Shown: positions 19,142 through 27,459, counted from the stretch's first letter. The stretch is DNA of 32,000 bases from Pseudoalteromonas tetraodonis (GCF_002310835.1 NZ_CP011041.1:2460001-2492000); one strand, 5' to 3'. Made by a program: numbers and translations. Notes: generated from the letters alone by a model not told the origin.

Positions 19142-20182
19142 TTATAAGAACTCCTCACCACCGCCACCACCAAGCATAATTTCACCTGAATCAGAAAGGC
19201 GACGTGCTGTTGATAAAATTTCTTTTTGCGCCGCTTCTACTTCACTAATGCGCACAGGAGCCATAGCCTCTAAATCATCAGCAAGCATTTCAGCAGCACG
19301 TTTTGACATGTTACCCAAAATTTTCTCTTTAAGGGCATCGTCGGTCCCTTTAATGGCTTTCATTAATACATCTTGCGGCACTTCACGCAGGATTGCTTGA
19401 ATGCCTCTGTCGTCTACATCCATTAAGTTTTCGAAGACAAACATTAAGTCTTGAATTTGTTGCGACATTTCTTCGTCATGCTCACGGATTGAATCCATTA
19501 ACTGCCCTTCAACATTTGTATCGAGGTAGTTCATGATATCTGCCGCAGCTTTTAAGCCACCCATTTTCGCAGCTTGTGCACCCGCTTGACCGGCAAATTG
19601 TTTTTCCATAATTTCATTCAATTCTTGCAATGCTGCCGGTTGTACTTCTTCTAAATTAGCAATACGCATGGTTAAATCGAGACGCACTTTTTCAGGAAAT
19701 TGCGCTAAAATTTCAGCCGACTGTTCAGGCTCTAGGTAAGAGAGAACAATTGTTTGAATTTGTGGATGCTCATTACGAATAATGTTAGCCACCTGTTTAG
19801 AGTCCATCCATTTTAATGAATCAAGACCTTTAGCGCCTGAGCCCATCACTATTTGGTCTATCAAGCTGGCGGCTTTATCTTCACCTAATGCGGCTGTAAG
19901 TGCTTTTTTGATGAAGTCTTCAGACTGAAAACCAATCGTACTAAAGCTTTGAATTTGTTCAATAAACAAATTATGAACCGCGCTAATTTTAGCTTGCGAC
20001 AAATCATCGATTGCTGCCATAGCCATACCGACCTTTTGCACTTGTTTTGGCTCTAAGTGCTTGAGGATTTGCGCTGCATCTTCTTCAGTTAAGCTCAGCA
20101 ATAATATTGCGGCTTTATCTACACCATCAAGTTTATCAACATCAAACGCTTGAGGTAGTTGTTTTTGTTCTTGATCAGTCAT
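19142..20182 (-). CDS. fliG: Flagellar motor switch protein FliG
   Basis: 346 aa with conserved FliG domains, including the C-terminal torque helix region (MSKRAAEMLADDLE). It overlaps the fliF stop by 8 nt. Confidence 0.97.
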   Translation of the reverse strand: MTDQEQKQLPQAFDVDKLDGVDKAAILLLSLTEEDAAQILKHLEPKQVQKVGMAMAAIDDLSQAKISAVHNLFIEQIQSFSTIGFQSEDFIKKALTAALGEDKAASLIDQIVMGSGAKGLDSLKWMDSKQVANIIRNEHPQIQTIVLSYLEPEQSAEILAQFPEKVRLDLTMRIANLEEVQPAALQELNEIMEKQFAGQAGAQAAKMGGLKAAADIMNYLDTNVEGQLMDSIREHDEEMSQQIQDLMFVFENLMDVDDRGIQAILREVPQDVLMKAIKGTDDALKEKILGNMSKRAAEMLADDLEAMAPVRISEVEAAQKEILSTARRLSDSGEIMLGGGGGEEFL

Positions 20183-21890
20183 CTTCTGTTAACCACGCTT
20201 TCACTACTTGTGATGATAGTTCTGGTTCATTGGCTACAAGGGCACGAACCGCTTTGAGTAAGTCTTCGTCGCCGTGTAGGTCTGGTAAGCGTAGTGTACC
20301 ATCGCTTGAGAAGCCAACTGAAGCAGAATCAAAGTCATTATTTAGCATATCTAATGTGCTGTCACCAAGATCAACACCTGAACTAAGAGAATCTTCATCG
20401 TATTCTTCAAGTGTATTATCTGGGTAGATTAAGCGTTTAAGCATAGGTTTAACGACAGCTAAAATCAGTACAATAATAACCAGTGCACCTAATACTAAGC
20501 GCATCATTTTCATAAACCAATCTTGTTCCCATAAAGGCAACTCAAAATCAAGCGCTGAGTCTTCACGAACAAATGGTACGGTCACTACTTCAAGTGCATC
20601 GCCACGTTGCATATCAAAGCCTACGCCACCTTGTAACAAGCGACGAATATTTGACAGGGCTTCAACCGAGCGTGGCGTCATAGTTGTTTCACCATTTTCA
20701 CCCACCGTAGGCAGGTAATCAACCGCAACAGAGACGCTTATTCTGCGGATCACTCCAGTTTGCTGACGCTTATGTGAAATAGTGGTATCGAGTTCATAGT
20801 TACGAGTGGCTTCTTTGTGAGTTCTACTCGGTGAGGTTGCAGTGCCTGCACCGCCCGCCATCGCATCTTCAGGAATAGTTGAGTTAACTGGTGGCTGATT
20901 AGTAAGCGCGCCTGGAATACCAACCGCTAGGCCACCAATATTATTTTCTTCAAAGGTCGTTTCACTTCTTACCGCAGGTAAATCTGGGTTGTAACGTTTT
21001 TGTGTTTCTTCTACCGCACTAAAGTCCATACTTAAATCTACTTGTGCGGTGTAATTACCTAATCCAACCACGGGGATCAAAATACTGTCGATTTTTTCTA
21101 GGTATTCTTGCTCACGTTTACGTTCTATATCGTATTCTTTACGTGAGCGTGCAGCTAAAGAGGTTTGCGAGCCTGAATTTAATAAACGACCATTTTGATC
21201 GGTCACAGTAACGCGCGAAGGCTCAAGCCCTTGTACCGCTGAAGCTATCATATCAACAACCGAGTCAACTTCTTCGCCATCTAGAGAGCGACCGCGTTTA
21301 AGAGTAAGTACAACAGTTGCAGAGGGTTTTTTCTCTCTACGGGCAAACACATTTTCTTTGGGAATCGCTAACAATACTTTGGCGCGAGTAACATTATTTA
21401 GCTCTTCTATAGTACGGGCAAGTTGTTGCTCACGGCCATGTTTAAGGCGCTCACGCTCTAAACGTTGGCTTACCCCAAACCCCATGTCTTGCATAATAAT
21501 GTCGCTACCTGATGTAGGCCCTTGATCTAAACCTTCACGGGTCATCAATAACTTGATATTTTGATATTCAGTTTCATCCACCGAGACCACATTGCCATCA
21601 AGTTGGTAGTCAATTTTTTGTGCATCTAAAAAGTCGAGTGTTTCTATTAACTCTTCAGTTTGCATTTTACCTAAAGGGCGCATATCTGGCTGACGAGCCC
21701 AAATAATAACGAAAATAGCAATGGCTAAACAAATAGCTAATGCAACAATCAGGGTAATTTGACGTAAAACATCAACACCGCCAAGGGCACTGAAATAGCC
21801 TGATTTTTGCTCTTGTTGATCTTCGTTTTCACTTTGATCCATCATGCCATCAGCAAGTGCCAGATCTGTAGATTGATTAGATTGCGCCAC
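20175..21890 (-). CDS. fliF: Flagellar MS-ring protein FliF
   Basis: 571 aa with N- and C-terminal TM helices flanking a large periplasmic YscJ/FliF domain. Confidence 0.96.
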   Translation of the reverse strand: MAQSNQSTDLALADGMMDQSENEDQQEQKSGYFSALGGVDVLRQITLIVALAICLAIAIFVIIWARQPDMRPLGKMQTEELIETLDFLDAQKIDYQLDGNVVSVDETEYQNIKLLMTREGLDQGPTSGSDIIMQDMGFGVSQRLERERLKHGREQQLARTIEELNNVTRAKVLLAIPKENVFARREKKPSATVVLTLKRGRSLDGEEVDSVVDMIASAVQGLEPSRVTVTDQNGRLLNSGSQTSLAARSRKEYDIERKREQEYLEKIDSILIPVVGLGNYTAQVDLSMDFSAVEETQKRYNPDLPAVRSETTFEENNIGGLAVGIPGALTNQPPVNSTIPEDAMAGGAGTATSPSRTHKEATRNYELDTTISHKRQQTGVIRRISVSVAVDYLPTVGENGETTMTPRSVEALSNIRRLLQGGVGFDMQRGDALEVVTVPFVREDSALDFELPLWEQDWFMKMMRLVLGALVIIVLILAVVKPMLKRLIYPDNTLEEYDEDSLSSGVDLGDSTLDMLNNDFDSASVGFSSDGTLRLPDLHGDEDLLKAVRALVANEPELSSQVVKAWLTEDD

Positions 21891-21910
21891 AATAATTCTC
21901 CACTACCTAG

Positions 21911-22243
21911 TTAAACAGGCATGTTCATAATTTCTTTATAAGACTCAACAAGCTTATTACGAACCTGTACCGTAGCTTCAAATGCCACAGAAGACTTTTG
22001 CGAAGCAATCATAGCCTCAGCAAGTGATACGCTTCTGTCGCCATTCTCTACCGCTTTTACTTTTTGTCCTGTGTCTTGCTGAAGTTCATGCACTGTATTA
22101 AGGGCATTACTCAACATGTCACCAAACTGTGCTGTAGAGGTTGATTGCACTTGCGTTGGCAAGTTATTAACTTGATTACTACGTGTGGCCTCCGCAGCCA
22201 TTGATTGCATTTCTTGAAATAAAGCACTGTTTTGAATTTTCAT
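21911..22243 (-). CDS. fliE: Flagellar hook-basal body complex protein FliE
   Basis: 110 aa with the conserved C terminus AMIASQKSSVAFEATVQVRNKLVESYKEIMNMPV. Confidence 0.93.
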   Translation of the reverse strand: MKIQNSALFQEMQSMAAEATRSNQVNNLPTQVQSTSTAQFGDMLSNALNTVHELQQDTGQKVKAVENGDRSVSLAEAMIASQKSSVAFEATVQVRNKLVESYKEIMNMPV

Positions 22244-22282
22244 AATTGTCTCTGATAATGCAGTAAACTCTTAAAGAGAATA

Positions 22283-22299
22283 AAGCACAAAACATGCCA
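22283..22299 (-). promoter_or_regulatory. Sigma54 promoter for fliEFGHIJ
   Basis: The minus strand reads TGGCAT-GTTTT-GTGCTT, with canonical GG/GC spacing, about 40 nt upstream of the fliE ATG. Confidence 0.65.
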
Positions 22300-22360
22300 A
22301 AAATTAAAACCAATTAAAACAACGCTTTAAGTAAAATAATTAAGCAGTCAGAGTTTTGAC

Positions 22361-22392
22361 AGCCCTAAATTCAAGTGATTGAACTTAGGGCT
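22361..22392 (-). terminator. Strong stem-loop immediately after the flrC stop codon; a possible terminator or RNA-stabilising hairpin, with no U-tract
   Basis: The sequence is agccctaa-a-ttcaa-gtga-ttgaa-c-ttagggct, giving two stacked stems of 8 and 5 bp. It starts 9 nt downstream of the flrC stop on the minus strand and has no T-run after it. Confidence 0.45.
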
Positions 22393-22400
22393 TATGGGGG

Positions 22401-23825
22401 TTATGCTGGGAGGGAAATACCTAAATCACGCATTTGTGCTAATTTGTAGCGTAAAGTACGCGGGCTAATACCTAAGGTTTCGGCGACCTCTTTGCGTTTT
22501 CCTTGGCAGCGTGCCAAGGTTTCTAAAATAATACGATGTTCTTTATCTTTAAGCTCATCTTTGTAACTACCAGTATCGACGGCTAACAAATCATTTTTTT
22601 GCTCATCTGCAGGCGCTGCTTTTTCATCATAATAAGCGTTACTGAGACTACTTTTTACAGGCTCAATGTCAGCTTTAGTTTCTGCCACAAAATGCGTTGG
22701 GGCTAGATTTTCGATAAAAATAGCATGCTCATCAATACTATTCCCACTGCGTAAAATTAATGCTCGCTGGATAACGTTATCTAGTTCGCGTACGTTACCG
22801 GGCCAGCTATGGCTAAGCAGTTTTTGCTCTGCACTGCTATCTAAATACGCCATTGGCTCTTTGCTTTTACTTAAGTGACGTTCAATCAAATGTTTAGCCA
22901 ACACAATAATGTCCCCTGGGCGCTCACACAGTGGTCGCCACAGCAGTGGGAAAACATTGAGTCGATAGTATAAATCTTCGCGGAACTGGTTTTCAGCAAC
23001 CGCTTCTTTTAACTCTCGGTTACTTGTGGCAAGCACACGTACATCCAGTGCAATGGTTTTACGACCACCTAAACGCTCAACTTCACGCTCTTGTAGTACA
23101 CGTAACAGCTTGGCTTGCAGGCCTAAATCCATTTCGGTGATTTCATCAAGTAAAATAGTACCGCCCTGTGCTTGTTCAAACTTACCAGGGCAAGCTTGAA
23201 TAGCACCGGTAAACGCGCCTTTCTCATAACCAAATAAAGTGGCTTCGAGCATATTTTCAGGAATAGCAGCACAGTTAATCGCAACAAACGGTTCATTACA
23301 GCGTTTTGATTTGTCATGAATATAACGCGCCAGTACTTCTTTACCAGAGCCACTTGGCCCAAGAACCATCACACTGGCATCTGATCGAGCAACTTTATTA
23401 GCAAGTTCGAGTAATTGAATACTACTAGGGTCGGCGACAATGGGCCCGTCTGTTTCTTTTTCTTTTTCTGGTAAGTAACGACTCACCATATTCAATAGCA
23501 CTTCTGGTGCAAATGGCTTAGCCATATAATCAATCGCGCCTAAACGCATAGCCTCTACAGCATCATCAATAGTGGCATAGGCCGTCATCATTAGTACGGG
23601 TAAATCAGGGTAATTTAATTTAATACTACGTAATAAATCCAAGCCGCTCATTGCGCCCATTTGTACATCACTGACCACCAATGAAAATACTTCTTTTTTT
23701 AGTAGCACCATGGCTTGCTCGGCACTATTGGCGGCCATACAGGCTATACCTGACATTTCAAGCGTATCAATTAATGCTTCACGAAGTCCGGCGTCATCTT
23801 CTACAACTAAAATAGTGTTACTCAT
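22401..23825 (-). CDS. flrC: Sigma54-dependent flagellar response regulator FlrC (FleR)
   Basis: 474 aa. It has a REC domain (VVEDD..., VVSDVQM), an AAA+ sigma54-activator domain (GPSGSGKE, GAFTGA, ESELFG-like) and a C-terminal Fis-type HTH. It overlaps flrB by 4 nt. Confidence 0.94.
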   Translation of the reverse strand: MSNTILVVEDDAGLREALIDTLEMSGIACMAANSAEQAMVLLKKEVFSLVVSDVQMGAMSGLDLLRSIKLNYPDLPVLMMTAYATIDDAVEAMRLGAIDYMAKPFAPEVLLNMVSRYLPEKEKETDGPIVADPSSIQLLELANKVARSDASVMVLGPSGSGKEVLARYIHDKSKRCNEPFVAINCAAIPENMLEATLFGYEKGAFTGAIQACPGKFEQAQGGTILLDEITEMDLGLQAKLLRVLQEREVERLGGRKTIALDVRVLATSNRELKEAVAENQFREDLYYRLNVFPLLWRPLCERPGDIIVLAKHLIERHLSKSKEPMAYLDSSAEQKLLSHSWPGNVRELDNVIQRALILRSGNSIDEHAIFIENLAPTHFVAETKADIEPVKSSLSNAYYDEKAAPADEQKNDLLAVDTGSYKDELKDKEHRIILETLARCQGKRKEVAETLGISPRTLRYKLAQMRDLGISLPA

Positions 23826-24934
23826 TGTGACTCCCCTAATTTAGATGTGACACTAATAGGTAGCAACATACTAAAAATTGCTCCCCCTTGTGGGTTGTTG
23901 TTTGCTTCAACACGTCCCTGATGTGCACTGGCCACTGAACTTACAACGGCAAGTCCTAAACCAGTACCTTGGCTTTTAGTGGTATAAAAGGGTTCAAATA
24001 TTTTTTCAGTTTGTGCTAAATCAAGCCCAGGGCCATTATCACTAACACTAATGCGGACATAATCAGGGTCTTGCATATCACGCAAAGCACTAAGATGTAC
24101 TTGTGCACCACTGCCAATGACTTGAATACTATTATGAATTAGGTTTTGAATTGCGCTTGCCAATGCTGTTTTGTTACCCATAATTTCAATATCGGGTTCA
24201 GGTAAGCTCACATTTAATTCGCTATCATTGAGCGCTACCATAGCATCGGCACCGGCTTTAACTTCACTTAGTAGCTGTTGCATCGACACTTGCTCAACAA
24301 CTTGCTGATCACCACTTTTAGCAAATAACAGCATGTCGTTTACTTGGGTTTCTAAATCTTTTAAACGTGACATTAATTTAGTATGAAAACTGCCGCGAGA
24401 CGCTTCGGGTAAGCGTTTTGAGCCTAAATTTGCGGCATACAACATAGCCGCTGATAACGGTGTGCGTACTTGATGAGCTAAAGACGCAACCATTTTACCT
24501 AAGGCACTTAAACGCTGCATATGCGCGACTCGCTTTTGTAAGCGTCGGGTTTCGGTTAAATCGGTCATTAGTATAAGTTGCCCAGGCTCAGGCGCGAGTG
24601 CAGTAATATCGAGCTTTATTAAGCGTCCATCTTTTAACGACACTTCATGACCATCATCTTGATGAGGACGAAATGAGCGCTGAATAACGCTAAACCACTT
24701 CTCTCCTTCTAATGGCTCGCCGAGCATATCGATAGCTATTTGGTTTGCCTTAGCGATCATTCCTTTACCATCAAGTACAATCACGCCCGCAGGCATGGTA
24801 TCAACCAGATGAGAGAGCCAACTTGCTTGTTGACGCAAATCACTCAACTCACCAACATACTCCTCTTGCAGTAAACATGGGTTATACTGATTAGCAGAAA
24901 TAAACTGGGGTTTTAGCACACTTGCAAGGGCCAT
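23822..24934 (-). CDS. flrB: Cytoplasmic PAS-histidine kinase FlrB (FleS)
   Basis: It has a PAS-like N terminus, the H-box SLAHQVRTPLSA and an HATPase domain (DNGPGL, GTGLGLAV), with no TM segment. I place the start at the ATG at 24934 (MALASVLKPQF...) rather than the ORF-track ATG at 24964. The predicted sigma54 promoter at 24970-24987 would initiate at about 24962. Confidence 0.88.
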   Translation of the reverse strand: MALASVLKPQFISANQYNPCLLQEEYVGELSDLRQQASWLSHLVDTMPAGVIVLDGKGMIAKANQIAIDMLGEPLEGEKWFSVIQRSFRPHQDDGHEVSLKDGRLIKLDITALAPEPGQLILMTDLTETRRLQKRVAHMQRLSALGKMVASLAHQVRTPLSAAMLYAANLGSKRLPEASRGSFHTKLMSRLKDLETQVNDMLLFAKSGDQQVVEQVSMQQLLSEVKAGADAMVALNDSELNVSLPEPDIEIMGNKTALASAIQNLIHNSIQVIGSGAQVHLSALRDMQDPDYVRISVSDNGPGLDLAQTEKIFEPFYTTKSQGTGLGLAVVSSVASAHQGRVEANNNPQGGAIFSMLLPISVTSKLGESQ

Positions 24935-24969
24935 AATCAACTCTCTAAAATAATGTAGATACACTGGCT

Positions 24970-24987
24970 AATGCACAATATGTACCA
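24970..24987 (-). promoter_or_regulatory. Sigma54 promoter for flrBC
   Basis: The minus strand reads TGGTAC-ATATT-GTGCATT, with canonical GG/GC spacing. The -12 region resembles that of the fliE promoter (TGTGC). Confidence 0.6.
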
Positions 24988-25063
24988 AAATTATTTCATA
25001 ATAATATCAACAATTTAAATAGTTAAAATACGTGCCGTAAAAATGACGCGCTAAGGAATAAGC

Positions 25064-25666
25064 ATGAAAGAAGAAGCTCAGTATCGCTGTCCATGGTTAG
25101 ATACAACAAAACCTGACTATGTAGAATATCATGATCATGAATGGGGCGTCCCTGTGTATGACGATCAACTACTTTTTGAGTTTTTAACATTAGAATCGGC
25201 ACAAGCAGGACTCAGCTGGTATACCATATTAAAAAAGCGTGAGAATTATAAAAATGCCTTCGCCAACTTTGATGTACACAAAGTAGCGGCCTTTACTGAA
25301 CACGATATAGAAAAATTAATGCAAAATGCGGGCATAGTTCGCAACCGCTTAAAAATTGTCGCAACAATTAATAACGCAAAATGCTTTATTACTATTCAAG
25401 AAGAGTTTGGCAGTTTTAGTGATTATCAGTGGCGATTTGTTGGTAATAAACCTCAGGTAAACGATTTAGAGACGCTTGCGGATTACCCTGCAGTTACTGA
25501 GGCATCGACGTTATTTGCAAAAGATTTAAAAAAGCGCGGTTTTAAGTTTTTAGGCCCAACCACAGTGTATGCCTACATGCAGGCCTGTGGAATGGTTAAC
25601 GATCATAGTAATAATTGCTTTAGAAAAGAAGAAGTTAAAAAGTTAGGGTTAAAGGTTAAAGGTTAA
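25064..25666 (+). CDS. tag: DNA-3-methyladenine glycosylase I (Tag)
   Basis: 200 aa. Recognisable similarity to E. coli Tag runs through the protein: C-x-W...YHDHEWGVP, ESAQAGLSWYTILKKRENY, KKRGFKFLGPTTVYAYMQACGMVNDH. An AAGGA RBS lies 7 nt upstream. The last roughly 7 codons and the stop codon lie inside the GGTTAAA repeat array. Confidence 0.95.
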   Translation: MKEEAQYRCPWLDTTKPDYVEYHDHEWGVPVYDDQLLFEFLTLESAQAGLSWYTILKKRENYKNAFANFDVHKVAAFTEHDIEKLMQNAGIVRNRLKIVATINNAKCFITIQEEFGSFSDYQWRFVGNKPQVNDLETLADYPAVTEASTLFAKDLKKRGFKFLGPTTVYAYMQACGMVNDHSNNCFRKEEVKKLGLKVKG

Positions 25667-25729
25667 AGGTTAAAGGTTAAAGGTTAAAGGTTAAAGGTTA
25701 AAGGTTAAAGGTTAAAGGTTAAAGGTTAA
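25647..25729 (+). repeat. Tandem heptanucleotide array (GGTTAAA), 11 full copies plus one partial
   Basis: Perfect units start at 25647, 25654 ... 25717, and a partial unit, ggttaa, occupies 25724-25729. Degenerate units (gttaaaa, agttagg) precede the array. One inverted unit, ttttaaccctttaa, lies at 25758-25771. Confidence 0.98.
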
Positions 25730-25888
25730 GCAAATAGCATAACTTTAGGCTTTTTGGTTTTAACCCTTTAATTGTTATATTTACCCAAAAAACAGTAAGT
25801 TGGCACCCAACGCAGACGTGGGGTAAACCTGCTAAAAAATAGAACCTGTAACGGATTCAGTGTAACTACCGGTGTTTAGTTTTTCTAA

Positions 25889-25930
25889 CCTAATATCTAA
25901 TACCTAATACCTAATACCTAATACCTAAAA
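25889..25930 (+). repeat. Tandem heptanucleotide array (CCTAATA), about 6 copies; on the minus strand it reads GGTATTA-type units
   Basis: The units in order are cctaata, tctaata, cctaata x3, cctaaaa. The array ends 21 nt from the flrA stop codon at 25952. Confidence 0.95.
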
Positions 25931-25951
25931 TATAACACCTGCACTTTGCTC

Positions 25952-27388
25952 TTAATCCCTAGACAAGTTATATTTTTTCATTTTTTCGACCAGTGTGGTT
26001 CGCCTTACGCCAAGTACTTCAGCAGCACGGGCGACAACGTAATCAAAGCGCTCTAATGCCTGTGTGATTAAGTTAATTTCAAGCTCAGCTAAGTACTCTT
26101 TAAGCTCAATACCTTCATCGGGCAATAAACCAGGTGCGGCCTGAGCAAAGTCATCTTCTAGATCTATTTCATCTTCACTAAATCCGCCGCTAAAAATATC
26201 ATTAAATGCATCACGCTCCATCAGTTCTTCTGGGTACTGTGGCTCATAGGCTTCAACTTCAATGTAGCGATATTTATTAGGTAAGTCAGGAACATCAACC
26301 ACCTTGTCTGGGAACATAATAACCATTCGTTCAACAAGGTTCGCCAGCTCGCGAATATTACCCGGCCAAGAATGTTCTTTTAAACTATCAATAGCACGCT
26401 CTGTAAACTTAGCCGTAGTACCGCTTTGTTCATTTACACGGCGCATAAGCTCTTTAAGTAGCAAAGGGATGTCTTCCGCACGTTGAGCAAGAGATGGGCT
26501 CTCAATAGGAAAAACATTTAAGCGATAGTATAAATCTTCTCTAAATGAGCCTTTTTCTATCATGTTTTCAAGGTCACGGTGGGTTGCAGCAATCACACGC
26601 ACATCAGCTTGGATCGCTTTGGTACCACCAACACGCTCATAACTACGCTCTTGAAGCACTCGCAGTAACTTAACTTGCATTTGTAGTGGCATGTCGCCGA
26701 TTTCATCTAAAAATAGCGTACCACCTTGCGCCAATTCAAAACGGCCTTTCCGTGCTGAAATAGCCCCAGTAAACGCGCCTTTTTCATGACCAAATAGTTC
26801 ACTTTCTAATAGCTCAGCAGGAATAGCCCCACAGTTTACCGGAACAAAAGGCCCTTTATTACGCTTAGAGAGCAAATGTACGTTACGGGCAACCACTTCT
26901 TTACCTGTGCCCGACTCACCTAAAATAAGTACGTTAGCATCGGTTTTAGCAACCTGCGTAATTAAAAAGCGTAAATCTTTTACCGCTTTGGTTTCACCAA
27001 CAAGACCATCAAAGGTGCTTTTCTCTTTATTATTTTTATGTTCATGCGGCAACATGCGCTGATATTGCTGACAGTCGTGTAACAGCTGTGTGGTTATTTC
27101 ATGAGTAAATGGCTCACATATCAACCCCACAACATTAGCCAAACTCAACAAAGGTTTAAGCGTTTCACCAATTAGTAAAAAAGGAAATGTTGGGTATCGT
27201 TTAATTAAACTTTCGTGATCTAAAGACTGCAAAGCACCTAACACCACAATACATTCTTTGTTTTGATAGTGGCTGCATGCCTGTTCAAAGTCAGCTTCTG
27301 TTTGCAACTGTACAGCCTCACCAATAAAAGTAAGCGATGCGTATAATCCAATAGAGCGATTGTTATTATTATCTAAAATTAAGATCAT
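25952..27388 (-). CDS. flrA: Sigma54-dependent master flagellar regulator FlrA (FleQ)
   Basis: 478 aa. The N-terminal FleQ-type degenerate receiver has no obvious phospho-acceptor context. The AAA+ domain has [23 protein letters not shown] and [12 protein letters not shown]-terminal Fis-type HTH follows. Confidence 0.93.
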   Translation of the reverse strand: MILILDNNNNRSIGLYASLTFIGEAVQLQTEADFEQACSHYQNKECIVVLGALQSLDHESLIKRYPTFPFLLIGETLKPLLSLANVVGLICEPFTHEITTQLLHDCQQYQRMLPHEHKNNKEKSTFDGLVGETKAVKDLRFLITQVAKTDANVLILGESGTGKEVVARNVHLLSKRNKGPFVPVNCGAIPAELLESELFGHEKGAFTGAISARKGRFELAQGGTLFLDEIGDMPLQMQVKLLRVLQERSYERVGGTKAIQADVRVIAATHRDLENMIEKGSFREDLYYRLNVFPIESPSLAQRAEDIPLLLKELMRRVNEQSGTTAKFTERAIDSLKEHSWPGNIRELANLVERMVIMFPDKVVDVPDLPNKYRYIEVEAYEPQYPEELMERDAFNDIFSGGFSEDEIDLEDDFAQAAPGLLPDEGIELKEYLAELEINLITQALERFDYVVARAAEVLGVRRTTLVEKMKKYNLSRD

Positions 27389-27431
27389 CTTTAGCGAGCC
27401 ATTTATTTCACTAATTTGTTTTATTAATCAA

Positions 27432-27459
27432 ATTGTAAGCCAGTTGGGTTTGGATGCAA
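27432..27459 (-). promoter_or_regulatory. Candidate sigma70 promoter for flrA
   Basis: The minus strand reads TTGCAT-N16-TACAAT, ending about 44 nt upstream of the flrA ATG. This is a pattern match only. Confidence 0.35.

Noticed and set aside
24935-24964. An upstream in-frame ATG at 24964 used by the ORF track as the flrB start.
   Set aside because: It sits 6 nt from the end of the predicted sigma54 -12 element and upstream of, or at, the predicted transcription start. See the corresponding finding.
25801-25817. A perfect TGGCAC hexamer (tggcacccaacgcagac) in the tag/flrA spacer, suggesting a sigma54 promoter.
   Set aside because: The nearest GC doublet is 2 nt too close (positions 12-13 instead of 14-15) and there is no TTGC box. 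No downstream ORF exists in that direction before the flrA 3' end.
25647-25930. The heptamer arrays considered as a CRISPR array or as terminal repeats of a mobile element.
   Set aside because: The units are 7 nt with no spacers, so this is not a CRISPR array. No transposase, integrase or target-site duplication is visible, and the two arrays are related but not true inverted copies. I keep this only as an unexplained microsatellite pair.
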